From the IMG/VR virus record IMGVR_UViG_3300032305_003086, positions 32,001 to 96,000 of that record: a DNA stretch of 64,000 nucleotides; one strand, 5' to 3'. Positions 49,325 to 56,514 of the stretch are shown here, in pieces (the first letter of the stretch is position 1; each line of letters opens with the position of its first letter). The notes below the pieces were generated by a model, which saw only the letters and a list, made by a program, of their open reading frames with translations, did no database searches and was not told the DNA's origin. A program made the position numbers and the translations under genes. The stretch comes from a virus (taxonomy: Duplodnaviria; Caudoviricetes).

Positions 49325-50220
49325 TCTGAGATTCTCGAACTGATGTAGTCGGCTCGACACAGTATTTTTGCTTCCATAGTTTGAGGAACTACGACAGCTC
49401 CCCATTCTATTTTTTCATGATGAGATAAAATACAATGAGAAACTTTATTTATAAAGTCTTCATCTAATTTGTTTCTAATTGCCGCTTCTCTAAAAATAAA
49501 ATTAGAAATAGTAGCATGTCCAATCAAATTTTCTTTTTCTGAATTTATTTTAGGACAGTCTCCATCCATAAAATAAGTTTCTATTTTTCCTAAATCATGA
49601 AGCCATGCACTTAAATATAAAACATCGGTATTTACATTCTCAGAATAAAAATTTTTATTACAAGATGCATTTGCAATTGCAAGGCAATTACTAAAAACTT
49701 CACTAGTGTGAATAAAAAGACCACCCTTGTAATTATGATGATGAGCAATTGCTGCTGGTGCGGTGGTGAATTTATCTAGATTTGGTTTTAACAAATCAGT
49801 TAAAAACTTATGATTATTTTTATCCATCCAACAAGAAGAATCACTTAATAATTCGGCAGCAAAAGATAATTGTTTGCTTCTATCTTTGAATATTATTTTT
49901 AAAAAATCTTCGGGCACATCTTCTTGATTTATGTAAATGTGCTCACAATAAAAAGGTTTGTTTTTAGAAGTGGAGTCTAAAGACAAAGTTTTATACATAT
50001 TCAGTTCATTTTCAGCCTCCGCTAAATCTAAAACTTTTATTTTTATAAAATCTCCAGCTTTTGGAAATTCTTTTTTATTTTTTAAATTCCAGAACTTAAA
50101 AGATAATTTTCCATTTTGAGTACTTGTGTTTATTACATGCGTTATGAAAGAGCCTTTTTCTTGATCTTCAGCACTTTCTACATAAGCATATAAAAATTGG
50201 GCTAATTCTACTTTTTTCAT
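49321..50220 (-). CDS. OB-fold plus HD-domain 3'-5' exonuclease (YhaM/CBF-like)
   Basis: APAA-x-x-HHHNY-x-GGL-x-x-HT, LHDLGK, LIGH, ILSHH...EWG, ADYIS. Confidence 0.85.
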   Translation of the reverse strand: MKKVELAQFLYAYVESAEDQEKGSFITHVINTSTQNGKLSFKFWNLKNKKEFPKAGDFIKIKVLDLAEAENELNMYKTLSLDSTSKNKPFYCEHIYINQEDVPEDFLKIIFKDRSKQLSFAAELLSDSSCWMDKNNHKFLTDLLKPNLDKFTTAPAAIAHHHNYKGGLFIHTSEVFSNCLAIANASCNKNFYSENVNTDVLYLSAWLHDLGKIETYFMDGDCPKINSEKENLIGHATISNFIFREAAIRNKLDEDFINKVSHCILSHHEKIEWGAVVVPQTMEAKILCRADYISSRISD

Positions 50221-50726
50221 AATATTTGATAAATCTCTGATAAATTTCTGCCTAGACCATTATAGTCTAATCCATAACCAATTACAAATTTATTGGAAAT
50301 GTTAAACCCAACATAATCTAGTTCAATAGAATGAACATCAGGTTTCGAGAGAAGGGTAGCTATTTTTATTGATTTACATTTTATTTTTTTCAACAAATAA
50401 TTGATTGTTTTTCCTGTGTCCACAATATCCTCTACTATTATTATATTTTTTTTTCTTAGATCATCTGTGTTTATTCCGATTATATCTTTTATGCTTTTAG
50501 ATTTAGTCCCTTCATATGACTTCACCTTTATAAATGATATTTCAGATTCTAGATTTATTTTTTTATAAAGTTCAGAAGCAAACATAAAAGATCCGTCTAG
50601 AACGCACAAAAATAAGACTTTCTGATTTTTGTAGTCTTTATTTATTTTTCTTGCGATTTGGGAAATTCTTGTTTGAATTTTATTTTTAGAGATAAACTTT
50701 TTGAATTTTTTACTATTGATAATCAT
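50217..50726 (-). CDS. hpt: Hypoxanthine phosphoribosyltransferase
   Basis: VLDGSFMF, VEDIVDTGKT, FVIGYGLDY. Confidence 0.95.
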   Translation of the reverse strand: MIINSKKFKKFISKNKIQTRISQIARKINKDYKNQKVLFLCVLDGSFMFASELYKKINLESEISFIKVKSYEGTKSKSIKDIIGINTDDLRKKNIIIVEDIVDTGKTINYLLKKIKCKSIKIATLLSKPDVHSIELDYVGFNISNKFVIGYGLDYNGLGRNLSEIYQIL

Positions 50727-50773
50727 TTTAATACTTAATATAATCTCGTTATGGTTACTAACAAGATTATAAC

Positions 50774-51157
50774 ATGGGCAAAACTAGTAAAGAAATATTA
50801 AATTACAGACATGAATGTGTAGATATCTATAAAATGTCCAAAGGTTGCGAAGAATGTGGATATAATACTCATCCTTACAACTTATGTTTTGACCACCTAC
50901 CCGGTGAAGAAAAGTCAGAACATGTAAAAAATGGATATTCAAAAAGATCAAGTGCAGGCGGAATGTATAGACTTTATGCAAAATCACACTCCATAGAAGA
51001 TTTAGTTGGAGAAATGAAAAAGTGTCGAGTTTTATGCAATCATTGCCATATGAAGCATACTCATGGAATCAATAATAAAAGATGCATAAATAATATTTCT
51101 AAAAAAATATCTTCTATAGAAGATTTAGAAAAAATACTTAGAGAATATGAAAATTAA
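50774..51157 (+). CDS. HNH-like Zn-finger endonuclease
   Basis: CEECG, FDH, KCRVLCNHCH. Confidence 0.75.
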   Translation: MGKTSKEILNYRHECVDIYKMSKGCEECGYNTHPYNLCFDHLPGEEKSEHVKNGYSKRSSAGGMYRLYAKSHSIEDLVGEMKKCRVLCNHCHMKHTHGINNKRCINNISKKISSIEDLEKILREYEN

Positions 51158-51591
51158 TTTACGTCTAATTTTAGATATATGATTTTAGGCGGATTATCGT
51201 AATAAATATTTAGGTAATTGCAAGCCCAAATTTTTTGTCCCGCCTCTGTTTTTATATTTTCAGAAAAAGCATCATATATCCATCCATCAAAAAAATTATT
51301 TTTAAGTTCAAGTCTAATGTCGCAATCTAAAAATTGTTCTTCTGAAAAGTAAAGATAAAGACCGTCTTTTGAATCTAAATTTTTAGACTTACAACCAAAT
51401 TGTATGGCCTTATCCGCTCCAGCAACTAAAGGAGATAAGGAAAATTCTGTTAGTGTAGCAGGTGCTAAAATATATTTTCCCTTGTCATTTTGAAAATACC
51501 AATTTCCTTTTTGGTCTTTATTTATAAAAACTTTGTTGATATCGTTGTTTTCTTTTTTTTCTCCAAATATTGTGTGATTTTTATAACTCAT
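51154..51591 (-). CDS. Hypothetical protein (DUF6717-like)
   Basis: PLVAGAD...L-x-FS...GW-x-Y...WAC-x-x-L-x-x-YY-x-x-PPK-x-IY; start set to ATG 51591. Confidence 0.5.
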   Translation of the reverse strand: MSYKNHTIFGEKKENNDINKVFINKDQKGNWYFQNDKGKYILAPATLTEFSLSPLVAGADKAIQFGCKSKNLDSKDGLYLYFSEEQFLDCDIRLELKNNFFDGWIYDAFSENIKTEAGQKIWACNYLNIYYDNPPKIIYLKLDVN

Positions 51592-52231
51592 CCTTAAATT
51601 CCTTTTTATAAAATTCTTCAACATCAGGAGTTATTGATGGTCTATATAAATCAAAATTAAAATTTGAAATATTCTTTTTTGCAAAATCAGATAAAACTAC
51701 ATAATAAGGAGATATTAATTTATTTGAAACCCATCTTTCAAAATCTTCTTTTTTTATAGAAGATTTATCTTTATTTTTCAAAAATTCTTGAGTCTTTTTT
51801 AATTCAATTTTAATTAATCTTGGACTAGTAACAAGGCCCAAATCAGAAGAGGTTTTTATTTCATTTAATTTTTTATCAAATTTTCTTTTCCATAATTTCC
51901 ATCTTTTCCAAGCTTTATCACCAGTAAGTATTTGAGGTTCAATTAGAGCATGGACTTTTTCATGTTTCATTAATTTTAGCATTTGCAATTGAGCGACAAT
52001 ATAAATATAATATTCTTTATCACTATCTAGTAAGCCTTTTGTTTCTCTGACTAATTTATAGCAATATTTAAAAAGAGTAGTTTTCCTAGGGTCTTTGCTT
52101 TTACTAATTTTAATATGTCTTTCATTTGGAAATTCTTTTTTACATAAATCTTGCCACATTAAACAGATTTTAAAAGCTTTTGCTTCTAAATCTGTCATGT
52201 TATACTTCAAAATTAATTCTAGCTCATTCAT
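51581..52231 (-). CDS. Hypothetical phage protein
   Basis: 216-aa ORF, divergent from the structured intergenic region. Confidence 0.7.
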   Translation of the reverse strand: MNELELILKYNMTDLEAKAFKICLMWQDLCKKEFPNERHIKISKSKDPRKTTLFKYCYKLVRETKGLLDSDKEYYIYIVAQLQMLKLMKHEKVHALIEPQILTGDKAWKRWKLWKRKFDKKLNEIKTSSDLGLVTSPRLIKIELKKTQEFLKNKDKSSIKKEDFERWVSNKLISPYYVVLSDFAKKNISNFNFDLYRPSITPDVEEFYKKEFKDEL

Positions 52232-52329
52232 TGGTGTTGACTATTCTATTCGAAACGATAGAATTAAGCAAACGAAACAACTTTCAAGATACTATTATAT
52301 TTTAACTTTCTAAAACTTTCTAAACGAGT

Positions 52330-52790
52330 AATTTTGATCTCCGTTGTGTTTTCCTGCACCTTGCACGGGCTAATTTATTAGCATAAAATCTCGAAAGAGA
52401 AAAAGGAACAGGATGCGTTTGGCAAACCATAGGGTTAAAAACTCCCCTAGTGTTTCTAAGCAGTAATTAATGAAAGTTAATTACATACCTTTGACGAGGT
52501 ATATCAGGTGCTGTATTACTTTAAACCAAATGAATATTTTCCCGAAAGGGTTTTCCATGTAACCAGACAGTAGTTGATCTGTCATGGGGCGTAGGGTCAT
52601 GGTCAAAACGGAAATAACGTTGAAAAAATATTCAGTATTAAGTTAAAGTGAAGAAACTGAAAAGGTAGAAAAAGATCAAACAAATAGAATTGTCCCTAGA
52701 AGTTCTCTATAAGTGCGGTTCCAATATCTAACTTAAAAAGAATATTTCCTCAGGGATACGCCCCAAGTGCGCCAATAACGTTAATATTAA
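52330..52790 (+). ncRNA. Candidate large structured non-coding RNA, family unrecognised
   Basis: No long ORF. GAAA tetraloop hairpins at 52389-52400, 52463-52484 and 52541-52550; nested long-range helices; 9-bp pairing 52585-52593 with 52757-52765. GNRA loops and G-U pairs favour the + strand. Boundaries are approximate. Confidence 0.65.
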
Positions 52791-52796
52791 TTAATC

Positions 52797-53078
52797 ATGA
52801 AAGAACATAGAAGAAACCTAAAAAGATTAGCTAAAAGATTTTCTATTTCGATTGATGAAGCAATTCAAAAATTTTATAATACACAAACAACAAATAAAAA
52901 TATTATTTATTCTATAAAGAAAAAAAGAAATAAGGGAATTAATTCTGGTTTGGTCAAAAATAAATTAAATAAAGAAGAACTAGAAAAACTCAAAGAAAAG
53001 AAATTAAAATTTATTAGAGATTCGAAGAGAGAATCCAGATTGAAAAATATTGTAAAGCCGAAGACAAAAGTAGATTAA
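52797..53078 (+). CDS. Small Lys/Arg-rich hypothetical protein
   Basis: 93 aa, strongly basic. Confidence 0.55.
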   Translation: MKEHRRNLKRLAKRFSISIDEAIQKFYNTQTTNKNIIYSIKKKRNKGINSGLVKNKLNKEELEKLKEKKLKFIRDSKRESRLKNIVKPKTKVD

Positions 53079-53105
53079 TGTGAGAGTTAAGATTATAATG
53101 CCCGA

Positions 53106-54404
53106 ATGTCAGAAATTGCTGAAATATTAGATTCGATACAGAACTCTGACGTATTTTTTCATTTTGAATCTGATTTTGTAGATTGGACTGACGATTCTTC
53201 TGTAGATTTCGCTATTCAATCCAAAGGCCAGAAATCAATAATTTCATTATGTGAGCCAAAACATATTGAAAGTTTGGCAGCAAGTTTATATTTTTATACA
53301 AAAAATTCCAATTTGCTTACTTGGAATCTAAAAAATATCTTATCTTTTTTTAGAAAAAAATCGCAGATCAATGTAAATTTTAGCAATAAAGTTTACGACT
53401 TGAGTGTTCTTTGTTCTTACTTTTCTTTGCCCAAAAAGAAACCTACGACTTCCAAGGAAGCCTTTTTTCTTTTTAATCACATTCGTAAGACTGATAGTTG
53501 GAAGTCTTTTGAAAAGTTTTATGATAAAGTCTATTACCCACTAATATCAAATGTAATTCCTAGCATAGAAACTAATCCATTAGTTGATTTGGCCGAGAAG
53601 AAATTTGTTTATTCTTATTACGAGATTGAAGGACAATCTAATGGTAGAATGAAGAATTTAAAAGTATTAAAAGACTGTTATCTTCCTCATTCAATGGGAG
53701 AAAAGCAAAAGAATATTTTAAGACTGCCAAGTGATGATAGTGTTTTTATGTATTATGATTTCAAACACATGGAAGTTAGTGTTTTAGAATGGATAACTAA
53801 AGATGCAAATTTATCTAAAATACTTGATTCAAATGTAGATTTATATAGGTCTATCTGGCAATCACTAACAAAATCTGAGGCCACTAAAGAGCAAAGAAAA
53901 ATTTGTAAAAACATATTTTTGCCTGTTATTTTCGGTCAAGGTTCAAATTCTTTATCTAAGAGGTTGGGTATAAATGAAAAATTTGCTGAGAAACTAATAT
54001 ATAAATTAGAACAAACCTTTCCTGTTGCTTTTGATTGGGTAAAATCCCAAACAGTCGATAGCAACAATTACGCGACGGACATATTCGGTAGAAGAAGAAA
54101 ATTCCAAAAAGAAGAGTTGTATAAAATTAGAAATTTTTGTATACAATCTCCATCAAATATGATTTGTTTAAGAAAACTTGTAAAACTACATGAATCCATA
54201 AACAATAAAGCAAAAATATTTTTTCATATACACGATGGCTATGCTATTGCTTGTAAAAGAAAAGATTTAAAATTGGTATTTGAACTTGGAAAAAAAGCTT
54301 TAGAAGAAGATGACGATCTGTTTCCAAATCTTAAGCTAAAGACTTCTTGTCATTTCGGTGAACATTTGAATAATTTAAAAAATATTAAAGAGGTTATAAA
54401 ATGA
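53106..54404 (+). CDS. Minimal family A DNA polymerase-like protein
   Basis: NGR, motif A YDFKHMEV, motif B RKICKNIFLPVIFG, FGRRR, NFCIQS, motif C HIHDG; only 432 aa. Confidence 0.85.
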   Translation: MSEIAEILDSIQNSDVFFHFESDFVDWTDDSSVDFAIQSKGQKSIISLCEPKHIESLAASLYFYTKNSNLLTWNLKNILSFFRKKSQINVNFSNKVYDLSVLCSYFSLPKKKPTTSKEAFFLFNHIRKTDSWKSFEKFYDKVYYPLISNVIPSIETNPLVDLAEKKFVYSYYEIEGQSNGRMKNLKVLKDCYLPHSMGEKQKNILRLPSDDSVFMYYDFKHMEVSVLEWITKDANLSKILDSNVDLYRSIWQSLTKSEATKEQRKICKNIFLPVIFGQGSNSLSKRLGINEKFAEKLIYKLEQTFPVAFDWVKSQTVDSNNYATDIFGRRRKFQKEELYKIRNFCIQSPSNMICLRKLVKLHESINNKAKIFFHIHDGYAIACKRKDLKLVFELGKKALEEDDDLFPNLKLKTSCHFGEHLNNLKNIKEVIK

Positions 54405-54967
54405 AAGCTATACAGAACTCGTTTCCAGTTACAGAAGAAGAGTATCTTATTTTAGATAGTAAATTTGGCGAATTGTGTGAGTATCAAGCCTGGCAATTAT
54501 TGAAAAAAAATACAAGGAATAATCATACTGATAGTCAAGAAGATATAGCTCAAGATATGAGAATGGCTTTGCTTAGAGCCGCATCTTATTATAAAAGACA
54601 ATGCTATATCGAAAATGCTTTAGAACTTTGTAGAAAATATGCTAAAGATGAATTTATAAAATCCGTAGTTAAACAGTTATCTAATTTATGGAAAAACAAA
54701 ACTCGTCATGGAGCTAATCGTCAAAAATTTGGGCTGTATCAAGAAAAAATGCTGGACAAACTCATTAAATGTTTAGTTCCTATAAAAGAAAGACCTCATA
54801 AAAAAGCTTCTTTGGTCATGGATACTAAATTTATAACTTATTGTAAAGCTATAACTTGGAATGCTCAAAAAAGCCTTGGCAAGAGAATAACAAGAGAAAA
54901 ATCGATTAGAACAGGAATGGTCTCAATATCAGAATTTGATTATCTAGGCGGTCAAAAAGAACAATGA
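54401..54967 (+). CDS. Phage sigma factor (region 2 only, gp55-like)
   Basis: EDIAQDMRMALLRAA resembles region 2.2; KFITYCKAITWNA resembles region 2.3. Confidence 0.55.
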   Translation: MKAIQNSFPVTEEEYLILDSKFGELCEYQAWQLLKKNTRNNHTDSQEDIAQDMRMALLRAASYYKRQCYIENALELCRKYAKDEFIKSVVKQLSNLWKNKTRHGANRQKFGLYQEKMLDKLIKCLVPIKERPHKKASLVMDTKFITYCKAITWNAQKSLGKRITREKSIRTGMVSISEFDYLGGQKEQ

Positions 54968-55128
54968 AAATAGATCAAAATTGCTACTTGATTGCTTATG
55001 AAAAAGACAATGATCTTACAATAGGTTCTGCCTACATTGGAGAAACAATAGTTTCTTTAGAGCTTTGTTATAATCAAAATGAAAAATATATAAAAATTAC
55101 AACACATCCAATTGATTATGATATTTAA
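54964..55128 (+). CDS. Small hypothetical protein (54 aa)
   Basis: Not in the track. ATGA overlap with the sigma gene; MKIDQNCYLIAYEKDND...PIDYDI; fills the intergenic gap. Confidence 0.5.
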   Translation: MKIDQNCYLIAYEKDNDLTIGSAYIGETIVSLELCYNQNEKYIKITTHPIDYDI

Positions 55129-55403
55129 TCCCAAAATTCATTTCCTGTTTCATCAAAATAATGAAGAACCCATCCTTTGGTAGATGGATATTTTCTGTCA
55201 ATTTTAATTTTTCCATCATGTATTTTTCTATGGCAACAAGAACAACATGTCACTGTATTGCTAGAGGTGTATTCTCCTCCTTCGCAACCTGGAATTATTC
55301 TATGTACGTCTAACGTACAATATTCTTTATTATCACAAAAGAAACATTTTTTGTCTGTTTTTTTCTTATGGACTTTATTGATTAATTTCTTTTTTCTTCC
55401 CAT
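55125..55403 (-). CDS. HNH endonuclease
   Basis: CFFC...LDVHRI-x-PG-x-EGG-x-Y-x-x-x-N-x-VTCC-x-x-CH. Confidence 0.8.
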   Translation of the reverse strand: MGRKKKLINKVHKKKTDKKCFFCDNKEYCTLDVHRIIPGCEGGEYTSSNTVTCCSCCHRKIHDGKIKIDRKYPSTKGWVLHYFDETGNEFWD

Positions 55404-55421
55404 GAGCTAGTTTTTCTAATA

Positions 55422-55449
55422 TTGACATTGCAATTGCATCTTATAAAAT
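55422..55449 (+). promoter_or_regulatory. Sigma70-type promoter upstream of the guaC-helicase operon
   Basis: TTGACA-16 bp-TAAAAT. Confidence 0.6.
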
Positions 55450-55476
55450 ATAGCGTCAACAACTAGGAAATAAATT

Positions 55477-56514
55477 ATGAGAATAGAAAACGAAATCAAG
55501 CTAGACTTTTCAGATGTTTTAATTCGTCCGAAAAGATCAGAATCTCCTAGCCGTAAAAATGTTGATTTGAATAGAAAATTTAAATTTTTAAATTCTAAAG
55601 CAACTTGGGAGGGAGTTCCTATATTTGCTGCAAACATGAGCACTACTGGCACATTTGCGATGTTCAATGCTTTTGCAAAGCACAGCATGAACGTTTGCTT
55701 GCATAAATATTACACAGTAAATCAATTGGTTGATTTCTTTAGAAGTAATCAAGCTTTCTATACTCTAGGAATTAAAGAAGAAGAATTTGAAAAATTAAAT
55801 AGTTTTGTGAAAGCTTTTGGTTCTGCTCCAAAATATATTTGTCTCGATGTTGCGAATGGTTATACTAAATTTTTTGAAGAAAAATGTAAAATAATAAGAG
55901 AAAAATTTAAAGATTCCGTTTTAATGGCTGGTAATATTTGCACTCCTGAAATGGTTCAAGAATTATTATTAAATGGTGGAGTTGATATAGTCAAAGTTGG
56001 GATCGGAGGAGGCAGTGCATGTACAACCAGAATTGTAACTGGAGTTGGGTATCCTCAACTAAGTTGCATCGCAGAGTGTGCGGATGCGGCTCACGGCTTG
56101 CGTGGTCACATAGTTGCTGATGGAGGATGCACATCTTCTGGAGACATAGCCAAAGCATTTGGTGCTGGGGCTGATTTTGTCATGCTTGGTGGCCTCCTAA
56201 GCGGCCATGACGAATGCGAGGGTGATTGGCATTATGACGACGATGGCAACAAGCAATATTTGAATTTTTATGGAATGAGTAGCAAAGAGGCCATGGATAA
56301 ATTTAATGGCGGACAATGCAACTATAGAGCCTCAGAGGGCAGATCCGTAAAGGTGCCTTATAAAGGCAAGGTTGATGATACTATTATAGAAATACTAGGG
56401 GGAATTCGAAGTGCTTGCACATATGTTGGCACTGAGATGTTGAAAGATTTTAGCAAATGTTGTACATTTGTAAGAGTAAACAACACGCACAACAGAATTT
56501 TTGAGAAAAATTAA
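55477..56514 (+). CDS. guaC: GMP reductase
   Basis: LDFSDVLIRPKRS, DVANGY, KVGIGGGSACTTR, ECADAAHG, FYGMSS, YRASEG. Confidence 0.95.
   Translation: MRIENEIKLDFSDVLIRPKRSESPSRKNVDLNRKFKFLNSKATWEGVPIFAANMSTTGTFAMFNAFAKHSMNVCLHKYYTVNQLVDFFRSNQAFYTLGIKEEEFEKLNSFVKAFGSAPKYICLDVANGYTKFFEEKCKIIREKFKDSVLMAGNICTPEMVQELLLNGGVDIVKVGIGGGSACTTRIVTGVGYPQLSCIAECADAAHGLRGHIVADGGCTSSGDIAKAFGAGADFVMLGGLLSGHDECEGDWHYDDDGNKQYLNFYGMSSKEAMDKFNGGQCNYRASEGRSVKVPYKGKVDDTIIEILGGIRSACTYVGTEMLKDFSKCCTFVRVNNTHNRIFEKN

Noticed and set aside
52585-52770. tmRNA, tRNA or 6S RNA (GGGGCG...CGCCCCA closing stem, ~180 nt)
   Set aside because: No T-loop (GTTCRA), no CCA end and no G3-U acceptor pair; the internal pairing is too asymmetric for a typical 6S rod. 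Retained only as part of an unknown RNA.
52330-52790. Group I or II intron, RNase P, or IscB/TnpB guide RNA
   Set aside because: It does not interrupt a gene. No group II domain V, group I P7 consensus or RNase P P4 motif is recognisable, GTGCG occurs only near the 3' end, and there is no IscB, TnpB or RT gene nearby.
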